A stretch of 35,658 nt of DNA, from IMG/VR virus record IMGVR_UViG_3300020045_003679, positions 1 to 35,658 of that record. One strand, 5' to 3'. Origin of the DNA: a virus (Duplodnaviria; Caudoviricetes). Under the pieces are notes generated by a model. It did not search any database. It saw nothing but the letters and a program-made list of their open reading frames with translations, and was not told the DNA's origin. This document shows, piece by piece, positions 23,872-33,437 of this stretch. The position numbers and the translations under genes were made by a program. How positions within the stretch are numbered: the stretch's first letter is position 1; each line of letters opens with the position of its first letter.

Positions 23872-25629
23872 TTGAGCAAAGTTGATAGAGGTAAGTATGC
23901 CAAGAAATGCCAATGTCCACGGTGTGCTGAAAGAGGTGGCGATACGTCCAAAGACAACCTCCACTATTACGGAGAAGGTAAAGGTTCGTACTGCCACGTG
24001 TGTTCTTACACTGAGCCTTCTGACGATTGGCTTGCAGAGCATAAAGAGAATAAAACAGAAGAGGAGATTGAGGTGGCAACACGCGAACCAATTACAGATG
24101 AAGAGAACGAGCAGATTAAGGGTTACACAGGTGTAGATGGCAAGGGATTTCGAGGTATCCGCAAGGAGATTAACGCATTCTTCGGGGTGCGCTATCAGTA
24201 CAACGAAGAAACTGGAGAGCCAATCAAGGAGTTTGTTCCTACGACAATTGACGGGAAACTTGTTGGGTATAAGACGCGTGTATTCCCGAAAGACTTCAAG
24301 CACCCTATCGGGGCTGTAGGTAAAGAGTGTGACATGATTGGGCAGTTCCGTTTCAAGAACCACACTCGCACGGTTATCATCGTCGGGGGTGAGATTAAGC
24401 AGCGAGCAGCCTACCAAATGCTTCTGGATAACCAGAAGTCTCGGGGTAAAGATGAATATGAAACTGTAGCTGTAGTTTCTCCTACTACGGGAGAGACAGG
24501 GGCGCATCGGCAAGTTCAAGCACAATATGAGTTCTTTTCACAGTTTGCGAAGATTATTGTATGCATGGATAGTGACGAAGCAGGTAAGAAAGCTAACGAG
24601 GATATTTGCAAGGTGCTCCCAGCAGGTAAGGGGTACATTATGAAGATGCGCTACAAAGATGCTGACGAGTACATCCGCCTTGGGAAAGAGCATGAGTTCA
24701 TTGATGATTATTGGAAATCCCGCCCACACTTGCCAACAGGTATTGTGGGTAGCGGGGAGTTGTATGACGCAGTAATTGAGGAGGCACTTCGTCCAAAGTT
24801 GCGCCTACCCTCATTTATGAAGACTCTGAATCAGATGACTGCTGACGGTATTCCTCTAGGCACGGTAGGTGTGGTGAGTGCCTTTACAGGTCAGGCGAAG
24901 AGCACCATTGTCAATGAGTGTATTTACGATTGGATCTTCAGCAGCCCCTATAAAATGGGCGTGGTGAGCATGGAGCAGAACAAGGGACAGTACGGGGAGT
25001 TGATGTTGTCCCGCCACATCGGCATTAAGCTCGGAAATCTTCCGCAAGAAAACAAACTGGAGGTTCTACGTTCAGATCGTACTATCGAAATGCAGAAAGA
25101 ACTCTTCTACAACGAAGACGGCTCAGACCGTTGGATGGTTGTGGATGATCGTGACGGCGACGTAGAGAGTCTGAAAGCGGCTATTGAGCAACTTGTAATT
25201 GCGTGTGACTGTAAGGTTGTGGTGGTTGACACAATTTCTGACATGTTCGATGGCCTAACTACGGACGAGCAGGCTGTGCTGATGAAGTGGCAGAAGAGTA
25301 TTGTAAATCGCTACGATTGCTCTATCATCAATGTGTCTCACCAGCGTAAGACTGGAACTGGAGAGAAGGATGGTAGTGAAGGGGCACTGGGTAATGAGAG
25401 TGGATTGCATGGCTCTTCTACCCTTAGTAAATCTGCTGCGTGGATTCTTGTGGTAGGTCGGGACAAGGCTAATGAAGACCCTATTATTCGTAATACCACT
25501 AACATGCTTCTTTTGAAGTGTCGCTGGTCAGGGCAGACGGGGCCAGCAGGAAAGCTGTACTACGATAACTTAGTGCACAAGCTCTATGATTTTGACGAAT
25601 GGGCTGCTTCACAGAACAACGGATTTTAA
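23872..25629 (+). CDS. T7 gp4-like primase-helicase
   Basis: Zinc finger CPRC...CHVC, TOPRIM DSDEAG and KDADE, Walker A-like TGQAKST, SMEQ, VVVDTI, VSHQRK, LKCRWSGQTG. Confidence 0.92.
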   Translation: MSKVDRGKYAKKCQCPRCAERGGDTSKDNLHYYGEGKGSYCHVCSYTEPSDDWLAEHKENKTEEEIEVATREPITDEENEQIKGYTGVDGKGFRGIRKEINAFFGVRYQYNEETGEPIKEFVPTTIDGKLVGYKTRVFPKDFKHPIGAVGKECDMIGQFRFKNHTRTVIIVGGEIKQRAAYQMLLDNQKSRGKDEYETVAVVSPTTGETGAHRQVQAQYEFFSQFAKIIVCMDSDEAGKKANEDICKVLPAGKGYIMKMRYKDADEYIRLGKEHEFIDDYWKSRPHLPTGIVGSGELYDAVIEEALRPKLRLPSFMKTLNQMTADGIPLGTVGVVSAFTGQAKSTIVNECIYDWIFSSPYKMGVVSMEQNKGQYGELMLSRHIGIKLGNLPQENKLEVLRSDRTIEMQKELFYNEDGSDRWMVVDDRDGDVESLKAAIEQLVIACDCKVVVVDTISDMFDGLTTDEQAVLMKWQKSIVNRYDCSIINVSHQRKTGTGEKDGSEGALGNESGLHGSSTLSKSAAWILVVGRDKANEDPIIRNTTNMLLLKCRWSGQTGPAGKLYYDNLVHKLYDFDEWAASQNNGF

Positions 25630-25642
25630 CAAAGGAGACAAC

Positions 25643-25855
25643 ATGAAACACCTACCACTACTAGCCCTCTGTGCTATCATCCTATCCGCCTGCGGAGTAA
25701 ATCTCTACCCGCAAGACTTCAACGCTGCTGAAGATAAATGCGGTAGCAATGAAGGGCTTACCCGGATTTACATTGAACGGTTCGATGACACAGGAAATGC
25801 TATCTACGCCAAATGTAACAATGGCGCTGAATTTATCCTGAAAGGAAAACGATAA
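25643..25855 (+). CDS. lipoprotein
   Basis: Lipobox ILSAC; AAGGAG SD. Confidence 0.75.
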   Translation: MKHLPLLALCAIILSACGVNLYPQDFNAAEDKCGSNEGLTRIYIERFDDTGNAIYAKCNNGAEFILKGKR

Positions 25856-25856
25856 T

Positions 25857-26063
25857 ATGAAACGACTAAGTGCAATTACAGTAGTCTTGCTGCTGACAGC
25901 CTGCTCACAAAAGGTAACACAAGAGGGTTATGTACAAGCTGTTGAGCTTTGCCAAAGCCGGGGAGGATTTGACTACGCCAGAATTCGCTATTTTCGACCT
26001 GACATTCAATGGGAAGTATCATGTAAAAACGGAAGTAACCTCAGTTATGGAGTGAAGCCATAA
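25857..26063 (+). CDS. lipoprotein
   Basis: Lipobox LLTAC. Confidence 0.75.
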   Translation: MKRLSAITVVLLLTACSQKVTQEGYVQAVELCQSRGGFDYARIRYFRPDIQWEVSCKNGSNLSYGVKP

Positions 26064-26320
26064 TGAACACGCCAATTAACCTTTACAACCGCCAAGATCC
26101 CAACACACCAGAGAAGCTTCTGCTGGAACGTCTTGAGATTATTCTTCGGAAGGATTTTATTAGTGGTTATTCCTACTGCGGAGATCAGGAGGAGGTTTGT
26201 GGTACAAGGAGTGATATTGACGACGCCTATTCAGCAGGTGCTCAGGAAGTGAAGCGATATTTGAGCGATGCTCTTGGGATTTATGCTTTTGAGCGTAATA
26301 TGTATAAGGAGGAGAACTAA
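26063..26320 (+). CDS. hypothetical protein
   Basis: TAATG coupling. Confidence 0.6.
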   Translation: MNTPINLYNRQDPNTPEKLLLERLEIILRKDFISGYSYCGDQEEVCGTRSDIDDAYSAGAQEVKRYLSDALGIYAFERNMYKEEN

Positions 26321-26321
26321 G

Positions 26322-26714
26322 ATGTCGTATAAAGTAACTGAGCAGGTAACTTCTCTCGTAGAAAAACTGATTTCAGCAGGGTATGATGGAGAGGTGAGAT
26401 TTACGAATTGCTATTGTAGTGGGGCACATGAGGTGCTTGCTGGTTCGTATTCTCTTGAGCTTTCTGGTTTCTGCAAGGAAACCTTGTGCATCTCTGAAGA
26501 TATAGCCACTGGCAAGCTTATCTTTGTCGGGCGTTATAATCAGGAGTATCCAGACTCTGAGGATGTAGCAGGGCTTGTTGGACTGGCCTACAATACGTAC
26601 AAGTGCTATAAGGAGCGAGGCTATTCAATGCCAGAGGAGTTCAAAGAATTGTTTAAAGAGTATGGGCATATTAAAGGCAAGGTGGTAACAAAGACTGTTT
26701 GGGAGGAAAGTTAA
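26322..26714 (+). CDS. hypothetical protein
   Basis: AAGGAGG SD; begins MSYKVTEQ. Confidence 0.7.
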   Translation: MSYKVTEQVTSLVEKLISAGYDGEVRFTNCYCSGAHEVLAGSYSLELSGFCKETLCISEDIATGKLIFVGRYNQEYPDSEDVAGLVGLAYNTYKCYKERGYSMPEEFKELFKEYGHIKGKVVTKTVWEES

Positions 26715-26936
26715 ATGGTAATCTCAGTAAACGAGCACACCAACAGTAGAATGATTAGTAAGCCGGGAAGTAAAGCTTTTGATGAGGGCTATGATCGTAT
26801 CTTCAAGAAGCACAAATACTGCGAGCATTGTGGAGAGATTGTTGCTCAAGGCAGTGGGAGTAGCTTTGATGGGGATATTTACCATGTTGGCTGCCTTGAG
26901 GATATGTTTCAAGAAGAGCTTGGCGGGGGTGATTGA
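26715..26936 (+). CDS. hypothetical zinc-binding protein
   Basis: FDEGYDRIF, CEHCG...YHVGC. Confidence 0.65.
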   Translation: MVISVNEHTNSRMISKPGSKAFDEGYDRIFKKHKYCEHCGEIVAQGSGSSFDGDIYHVGCLEDMFQEELGGGD

Positions 26937-26985
26937 GATGTGGTAGAATGTTGGATTGATTTGATTTGGATAATGGGGAGGGTGT

Positions 26986-29412
26986 GTGACTAAACGTAGA
27001 TGCTGTTTTGACATTGAGACTAATGGATTTCTGGACGACAGCTCTGTTGATTACGCAGCCTCTCCTTGGAAGCTGCGTGACAGTTTTGTTGTTCATTGTA
27101 TCGTCGTGATTGACATGGATACAAAAGAAGAATTCTCTTTTGTCCAAGAAGATTGCTACACAAAATTCCCTACGTGGGCTAAGGACAACGTAGGGACAAT
27201 TGTCGGGCACAATATAATCAACTTCGATTTGCTTGTGTGTAAGGTAGCTCTCGGAATGGATTACACTGTTGGCCCAGATACGTGGCAAGGCGGGTCTGTA
27301 GATATTATCGACACGTTGGTGTTATCTAAGACGCTCAATCCAGATCGCCGTGGGCACTCTATCGAATACTTCGGTGAGTTGTTGGGCTATCCAAAGATTG
27401 ATTGGAGGGCTAAGGCTGTTGAGATTGGCCTGATTGATTTCAAAGCTGCCAAAGGTGAAGAATTTAAAGTGTATAATCCTGAGATGCTTACCTATAACGT
27501 GCGAGATGTTGAGGTGAACATTAAGACCTATGAGTATCTTCTCAAAGAATGGGGAGATTGGAAGTGGGATGACGCCTATCAGCTTGAGAAATCTGTTGCT
27601 GAGATTATTACTCGTCAGTCTCATAGGGGCTTCTGGTTTGATTCTGATCTCGCTCTAGCTAATGTCAAAGAGCTTGACATTCTCATGGAGGAGCGCAGGG
27701 CTATCGTCGAGCCAAACCTTCCTCCGAAACCTATGGGAAAGACTAAGCTGAAGGAATATATTCCCGGCTTGAAGCAATTCAAGATGGATGGGGAGCCTAA
27801 CGCTAATATCATTAAGTGGTGCGAGCGTCATGGAGGTGTTATTGAGAAAGTCGAAGGCGGCTATTCAACAGTGCTCTATGGTAAGACTTATGTGCTGCCT
27901 ATTGGGCAGGAGCCTATTGTGAGTACGGAGCCCGCGTCACTAGATGATATCACTTTTATCAAAGAGTGGCTTGTTAGAGACATGAAGTGGCGTGTTCGTA
28001 ACTACAAAGAGCGGGATCTGACAGTAGATAGCAAGAAACAGAAATACACACAAGCGGCCTTTGCAGCCGTTGTTGAGCGATATGTGGAGCAAACACTTTC
28101 AAGCCCTTTCTGCGCAGATCGCTGCGAACACTTAGAAGTGTCTCCACAAAGGCTTAAAGAGAAGTTGTTGAAGCATGACATGAAACGACCTCTGAAAGTA
28201 TTGACTAATCCAATTCTGACTGAAGGCCAAGAAAAAGAAATTTGTCCAAGCCTACTGGAAATTGCAGAACAATTTCCTCATGCCCGTTTAGTGGTTGATT
28301 ACTTGACCTACAAGCACCGTAGAAATAGTATTCTTGGGGGTGGGTTTGATCCGGATGACTGGGACGAAGATGATGTAGTTACTGGAAAAGGTTTCCTCGC
28401 CAACGTAAGAAGTGATGGTCGAATTCCAACTCCAGCAGATACTTGTGGAGCAGGCAGTTCAAGATTTAAGCATAAGTTAGTGGCAAACATTGCACGTGTC
28501 ACCTCCTTGTATGGGCATAACATGCGAGGTATGTTTGGTGTAAATAAAGCAGACGGGTTTTTACAGCTAGGTTATGACTTTGACAGCCTTGAAGCAATGA
28601 TAGAAGCAAGCCACTGTTTCCCCTATCCCGGCGGGCCGGAGTACGGTGTCAGTCTGACTGCGGCTAAACCTAATGATTGCCACTCAGTCTTAGCAAAAAG
28701 CATCTCAACACTCATCAATAAAGCTTTTCCCCGAGGCACCGCAAAATCCGTAAAGTACGGGTGTTCATACAACGCCCAAGCTAAACGTGTAGCAAAGATT
28801 GTAGGTTGTGATTTGCAGACAGCGCAGGTTATTTTTGATGCTTTCTGGGAGTATGCAGAGCCTCTTAAGCTTCTTAAAGAACGAATGCAAGCTTTTTGGG
28901 AAACTGTAGGTAAGAAGGCTTGGCTTCTTGGACTAGATAATCGAAAACTCCCTATCCGCTCTAAGGGGAATGTTGTAAACTCTAGGTTTCAAAGTAGCGG
29001 AGTCATCTGTGCAAAACGGGCGATGGTGCTCCACGATAAGAAACTGCGAGCAGAAGGGCTTACAGTAGATTTCTGGAAGGACGATTGGAAAAATAAGTCG
29101 TTCTGCCAGCAGTTGATGGCATACCATGATGAGGCACAGCTTGAAGTGAAGCGGGACATGGTAGAGTTTAAGACGTTCCCCCTCTCCCAGTATGAAAGTG
29201 AAGAGGCAGCAGAAGTAGCGTGTAAGTTGTTTAAAAAAGAGCATCCAGATTGGAGCGATATTGGGCACACGGATAAAATGTATTTTGTTGCCTACTGTCG
29301 GGCCGGGGTTCTTGCTACAGAGTCTGTAAGGGAAGCAGGAGAGTATTACAAACTCAACGTTCCACTTAGCGCAGGGTACATTTTAGGTACGACTTGGGCC
29401 TCTTGCCACTGA
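26986..29412 (+). CDS. polA: family A DNA polymerase with 3'-5' exonuclease
   Basis: ExoI FDIETNG, ExoII GHNIINFD, ExoIII YNVRDV; motif A GYDFDSLEA, motif B RGTAKSVKYGCSY (Tyr at the 762-equivalent position), motif C YHDEAQ. Confidence 0.95.
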   Translation: MTKRRCCFDIETNGFLDDSSVDYAASPWKLRDSFVVHCIVVIDMDTKEEFSFVQEDCYTKFPTWAKDNVGTIVGHNIINFDLLVCKVALGMDYTVGPDTWQGGSVDIIDTLVLSKTLNPDRRGHSIEYFGELLGYPKIDWRAKAVEIGLIDFKAAKGEEFKVYNPEMLTYNVRDVEVNIKTYEYLLKEWGDWKWDDAYQLEKSVAEIITRQSHRGFWFDSDLALANVKELDILMEERRAIVEPNLPPKPMGKTKLKEYIPGLKQFKMDGEPNANIIKWCERHGGVIEKVEGGYSTVLYGKTYVLPIGQEPIVSTEPASLDDITFIKEWLVRDMKWRVRNYKERDLTVDSKKQKYTQAAFAAVVERYVEQTLSSPFCADRCEHLEVSPQRLKEKLLKHDMKRPLKVLTNPILTEGQEKEICPSLLEIAEQFPHARLVVDYLTYKHRRNSILGGGFDPDDWDEDDVVTGKGFLANVRSDGRIPTPADTCGAGSSRFKHKLVANIARVTSLYGHNMRGMFGVNKADGFLQLGYDFDSLEAMIEASHCFPYPGGPEYGVSLTAAKPNDCHSVLAKSISTLINKAFPRGTAKSVKYGCSYNAQAKRVAKIVGCDLQTAQVIFDAFWEYAEPLKLLKERMQAFWETVGKKAWLLGLDNRKLPIRSKGNVVNSRFQSSGVICAKRAMVLHDKKLRAEGLTVDFWKDDWKNKSFCQQLMAYHDEAQLEVKRDMVEFKTFPLSQYESEEAAEVACKLFKKEHPDWSDIGHTDKMYFVAYCRAGVLATESVREAGEYYKLNVPLSAGYILGTTWASCH

Positions 29413-29428
29413 CTCTTCAACATTTATC

Positions 29429-29457
29429 TTGACAACTGAGTCATTATATGATATACT
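29429..29457 (+). promoter_or_regulatory. sigma70 promoter
   Basis: TTGACA-17-TATACT with TG extension. Confidence 0.85.
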
Positions 29458-29484
29458 GTTGTTTTAGACGGTGGAGAAGATGCA

Positions 29485-30387
29485 GTGACAAAACAAGTTG
29501 AAATTAAAGCAGGGGACAGGTATGGTCGATTGGTTATTTTGGAAGAGATCCCGCCGCATGTTTACCCTAGCGGAGAAAACCGCCGGAAGTTTCTTATGCA
29601 GTGTGACTGCGGGTCTCCTCCAAAGTCCTTCCTACTCTCCAGCTTCAGAAATGGGACAACCCTTTCCTGTGGTTGCTATAACCTAGAAAAAGGCACGTCC
29701 CACGGCATGCACAAAACGCGTCAATATCAGTGTTGGGCTGACATGAAAACAAGGTGTAATAATGTGAAGCACAAATGGTATCCTTCTTATGGTGGGAGGG
29801 GTATCACTGTGTGCGACAAGTGGAATACGTTTGAAGGCTTTTGGGAAGACATGCAAGAGGGGTATTCTGATAATTTGACTCTTAACCGCAGGGATAATGA
29901 TAAGGGTTACTACAAAGAAAACTGTGCATGGGATACTGCTAATTTTCAAGGACACATGCAGCGCAAACTAGAAGGGACGGCTTTCTCGGAGGTTGGTGTG
30001 TCAGTAAATAACGCAGGGAAGTTTTCAGCGTCTATAAAACTCAACTCAGAACGACTCCATCTAGGCTCTTATGAAACTGTAGAGGAGGCCGCTGAAGCGT
30101 ATGATGAAGCATCTTATAGAATCTATGGCGACCGGCCAAATAAGACCTTAGAGACGAGAGCCGCATTGAAAGAAAAAGTAACTTATTACTTTGACAATAT
30201 TGCCGTTGATATACGCCCAAAAGGGAGCTCTCATTCCGGGGCTAAGTTGCTGGAAAAAGATGTATTAGAAATGCGTGATCTTTATTCTAGTGGACTATTT
30301 ACACAAGGAGAGATTGCGATACTGTATAATGTTGCGTTAGGGCATATCTCTGGCATACTAAGGAGAGCGTGTTGGAAACACATCTAG
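29485..30387 (+). CDS. HNH homing endonuclease with AP2-like and HTH domains
   Basis: YGRLVIL, CDCG, SCGC, YGGRGITVCDKW, LNRRDNDKGYYKENCAW, LGSYETVEEAAEAYD and a C-terminal HTH. Confidence 0.88.
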   Translation: MTKQVEIKAGDRYGRLVILEEIPPHVYPSGENRRKFLMQCDCGSPPKSFLLSSFRNGTTLSCGCYNLEKGTSHGMHKTRQYQCWADMKTRCNNVKHKWYPSYGGRGITVCDKWNTFEGFWEDMQEGYSDNLTLNRRDNDKGYYKENCAWDTANFQGHMQRKLEGTAFSEVGVSVNNAGKFSASIKLNSERLHLGSYETVEEAAEAYDEASYRIYGDRPNKTLETRAALKEKVTYYFDNIAVDIRPKGSSHSGAKLLEKDVLEMRDLYSSGLFTQGEIAILYNVALGHISGILRRACWKHI

Positions 30388-31043
30388 AACAAAAGTCTGA
30401 GGAGAGTTTTCACGAAGAAGGCTCGCCCTATGCAGGCCTCTCCTTGTCAAAACAACTTGCCCTCTCAAAGTGGCGCAGGGGAAATCGAAAGCCGCCGAAG
30501 GTTTGGGTTAAGACTCTACACAAGGCTACAACGCACGATTACGCAGCCTTGCTTAACCACTGCGTAAGCTCTCTGATCTGGTTAAGTGAAGCGGATGTCC
30601 AGTGCAGAATGGATAGAATTAAAGTTCATCTGAAGCTCCCGTTTAATTACCGAAGCCACTACGGGAAGAAAAATGGCGCAAGGTTCCCGAGACCCGTTAT
30701 CTTGGCCTACTTTGACTGGTACACCATTGTCGAAATGGATGTGAATGTAGTAGTAGACTACCTCTACACCATAGGAGAATCTGCTTTTACCTCTAAGCAA
30801 TTGCGAAAAGAGCTTTGGGCCATCAAGGGACAGATGGATAGGTGGCAGTTTTTGGAAGACTACTCTGTGCCGCTCTGTGTTGCAGAGTTTTTTGGGGAAG
30901 CAGTGTCTTCAGCCACTCTTGTAAAGGACAAGAGTAAAAAGGGTAGAAGGTCTTACAGGAAATCCGGCCTCCACAAGAAGCCCAAACCTCCTGAAGATTC
31001 TTCAGAAGAAATGCTTGACAAGGCAGTAGAAGGTGATGTATAA
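30369..31043 (+). CDS. hypothetical protein
   Basis: 224-aa ORF, TTG start with AAGGAG SD. Confidence 0.7.
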   Translation: MLETHLEQKSEESFHEEGSPYAGLSLSKQLALSKWRRGNRKPPKVWVKTLHKATTHDYAALLNHCVSSLIWLSEADVQCRMDRIKVHLKLPFNYRSHYGKKNGARFPRPVILAYFDWYTIVEMDVNVVVDYLYTIGESAFTSKQLRKELWAIKGQMDRWQFLEDYSVPLCVAEFFGEAVSSATLVKDKSKKGRRSYRKSGLHKKPKPPEDSSEEMLDKAVEGDV

Positions 31044-31044
31044 T
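31015..31044 (+). promoter_or_regulatory. sigma70 promoter for the SSB gene
   Basis: TTGACA-18-TATAAT. Confidence 0.75.
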
Positions 31045-31064
31045 GCGTGTTCATGAAGAAGTAA

Positions 31065-31096
31065 TCCGGCACAGCGGAGGCCAAGAGGCTCTGTGC
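31065..31096 (+). promoter_or_regulatory. putative H-type RNA pseudoknot in the SSB mRNA leader
   Basis: S1 UCCG(31065-68)/CGGA(31075-78); S2 GCACAG(31069-74)/CUGUGC(31091-96). Confidence 0.5.
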
Positions 31097-31131
31097 AAAA
31101 CAATCAATTCTCTCAAGGAGGAATAAACAGT

Positions 31132-31803
31132 ATGGCTGAAATTATCGACAATGTGACCTTTCTTTATACCAAAATCCAGAAGCCTGTCTTCAAGTACGGC
31201 TCTACCACTGATAGCGAGTGGTCTGTGGATTGTGTTGTAAGCAAGGCCGCAGCAAAGGCTTGGAAGAAGTCTTTTCCAAAGAACAAGGTGAAGGAATTCG
31301 ACAACGACGAGTTTGTTGAAAAGTTCGGGATTGATGCGCCATTCCCGGAGCAAGATGAGCAATTTATCCTCAAACTCAAAAAGGACTGCAAGAAAACGAT
31401 GCCTGACGGCAATGTGTTCGAGACGCCTGAGAAATATCGTCCTCGTGCTATCGAGCAGACTTCCGAAGGGCGTACTGACGTTACTTTTGAAAAGCTTGTG
31501 GGGAATGGCTCCAAGGGTAAAGTGAGCTACACCATTCGTGATGTGAAGGACGAACAGTTTCCTCAACTGTCTGCCATTCTTGTAGAAGAAATGGTGGAGT
31601 ATGTCTCCAAGGGTGGCGCAGCCGCTGGCGAGGAGTTTGGTGCATCTCCGAAGGCCGTTCCCGCAGGCAATGATAAGAAGCCTGTTGTAAAGCAGGGTGA
31701 TGAGGAGTCGTTCGACGATCTGCCTCCTGCGGCTTCCAAGCCTATGAAGGCAAAGGCTACCCCGAAGGCTCCTGTGGATGATAGCCTCGACTGCCCATTT
31801 TGA
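31132..31803 (+). CDS. single-stranded DNA-binding protein (gp2.5-like)
   Basis: LVGNGSKGKVSY motif, flexible tail and acidic-aromatic C-terminus DDSLDCPF; AAGGAGGA SD; own promoter and terminator. Confidence 0.8.
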   Translation: MAEIIDNVTFLYTKIQKPVFKYGSTTDSEWSVDCVVSKAAAKAWKKSFPKNKVKEFDNDEFVEKFGIDAPFPEQDEQFILKLKKDCKKTMPDGNVFETPEKYRPRAIEQTSEGRTDVTFEKLVGNGSKGKVSYTIRDVKDEQFPQLSAILVEEMVEYVSKGGAAAGEEFGASPKAVPAGNDKKPVVKQGDEESFDDLPPAASKPMKAKATPKAPVDDSLDCPF

Positions 31804-31813
31804 TATAACAACT

Positions 31814-31842
31814 GAACCCTCCCTTGCGGGAGGGTTCTTCTC
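31814..31842 (+). terminator. intrinsic terminator
   Basis: GAACCCTCCC-TTGC-GGGAGGGTTC followed by TTCTC. Confidence 0.75.
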
Positions 31843-31855
31843 ATAAGGGAGTTGT

Positions 31856-32446
31856 ATGAAAGAACACAAACAAAAGGATTGGTATAACTCAGGAAGATAC
31901 CCAACAAGAAGGGGAAATATTAAGACAAAGGCTTGCCAACTCTGGGAGAATATGAAACAACGCTCTACTGAGATGGGGAAAGACTATTTAGTTAATAGAC
32001 AAAAATCTTACAGAGCAACCTCCTGCTGCGACGAATGGAAAGATTATTCAAACTTCTATGAGTGGTTTGAAACACAGCAGAAGGAAGGCAAGTATCAAGA
32101 AGGATGGGAGTTGGACAAGGAAGTTCTGAAAAGAGGAAACGAATGCTATTCCCCAAAGTATTGTTGCTTTATTCCTAAAGCCCTGAATTGTATTCTTACA
32201 TCTCCAAAAGGGGAAAGTTCTACGGGTTATAGAGGGGTAAGTTGCAGAAAAGGTCGCTATGAGGCGTTTGTAACTATTTCCCCTTCTAAGTATAAAAAGA
32301 TTGGTGGATTCCTTACAAAAGAGGAAGCATTTTTATGCTATGCAGTACATAAAAAGAAGTACATTCTAGAAGTTCTCGATAAGTACCGTAGTGAGCTTTC
32401 CAGTGAGATTGCCGCTGGAATTGAAAATTGGGAGATAGTTCCATGA
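31856..32446 (+). CDS. HNH homing endonuclease
   Basis: WENMKQR, WELDKEVL...YSPKYCCFIPKALN, IGGFLTKEEAFLCY; same family as 21194-21838. Confidence 0.85.
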   Translation: MKEHKQKDWYNSGRYPTRRGNIKTKACQLWENMKQRSTEMGKDYLVNRQKSYRATSCCDEWKDYSNFYEWFETQQKEGKYQEGWELDKEVLKRGNECYSPKYCCFIPKALNCILTSPKGESSTGYRGVSCRKGRYEAFVTISPSKYKKIGGFLTKEEAFLCYAVHKKKYILEVLDKYRSELSSEIAAGIENWEIVP

Positions 32447-33426
32447 GAGCTGTAATTGATATGGACTTCATAAAGTTTGAAGCAGCTTGCCTCGCAGAAG
32501 AGCGAAGCATTGTTGTTACACACAAGTCTTCTGGAAACCAAAAAGAGTTCAAGACTCGTACAGAGTTCTATGGCTCTTGGCAGAAGAAATCAGGCGGATG
32601 GCTCGCTGAACAAAACAAGTCTCGCACTACGCCGTTTCTTGTTGAAGATTTTAATATTGAAGACAAGCAGGAGTCTCTTGGTATGGGAGCAGCAAGGCAA
32701 ATCCTTAACTCGCGCTTAGATGCAATACTTGGAAAGCTTGGAACGAAAGATTATTATGGCTTCACAACAAAGGGGAAATCTTTCCGTGAAGACATCTCCA
32801 CGGTAATTAAGTATAAAGGAAATCGAGATAACCTTGTACGCCCGCTTTTGCTCTCCGAAGTTGCAGACCTGATGTTGCGAAAATACAACACAGAGTATCA
32901 GGAGTTTTTTGAAGTCGATGACCGTGTTGTGCAGGAGTGGAACAAGGACAAGAGCCTTGTTGTTGTGGGAGCAGAGAAAGATTATCTTGGTTGTGAGATA
33001 GACTTCTTCAACCCCGACACAATGGACGAGCCAATGGAAATCCGTGGTCTTGGTGGTTTGTGGATTGATGGTAACAAGCAAGTAAAAGGTCATGGCCGTA
33101 AGTGGCTATATCAGCAAGTATTAAGCTCTGACTCTGCTGACAACTACGCAGCCAATAGTGCAACGGACATGAAGTGGGGGCCGAAGAGTGCTTACAACTT
33201 GCTTGCCCCTTGTCAAACTGATGCAGATTGCTTCAAGGCATTGCTGCAAGGGTATCGGAAACTTTACCCAGAGCCGAAGAGCATTGTTGGATGGAAAGGT
33301 GATACAATAGAGATTGATGCCTTGTACATGCTTAACGAGAACTTTCAACTAGCACGTATGCGGCGTTTTGAAGGTGACGAGTTTCATGTCGAAGACGTTC
33401 TAACCAAATTGAAGATTGATTATTAA
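32443..33426 (+). CDS. 5'-3' exonuclease (FEN/T7 gp6-like)
   Basis: VIDMD, YKGNR, EVDD, EKD, DSADNY, GPKSA. Confidence 0.88.
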   Translation: MRAVIDMDFIKFEAACLAEERSIVVTHKSSGNQKEFKTRTEFYGSWQKKSGGWLAEQNKSRTTPFLVEDFNIEDKQESLGMGAARQILNSRLDAILGKLGTKDYYGFTTKGKSFREDISTVIKYKGNRDNLVRPLLLSEVADLMLRKYNTEYQEFFEVDDRVVQEWNKDKSLVVVGAEKDYLGCEIDFFNPDTMDEPMEIRGLGGLWIDGNKQVKGHGRKWLYQQVLSSDSADNYAANSATDMKWGPKSAYNLLAPCQTDADCFKALLQGYRKLYPEPKSIVGWKGDTIEIDALYMLNENFQLARMRRFEGDEFHVEDVLTKLKIDY

Positions 33427-33437
33427 AGGAGACTGAT

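Noticed and set aside
31051-31869. 272-aa ORF on the - strand
   Set aside because: Antisense shadow of the SSB gene, with no SD or recognisable motifs.
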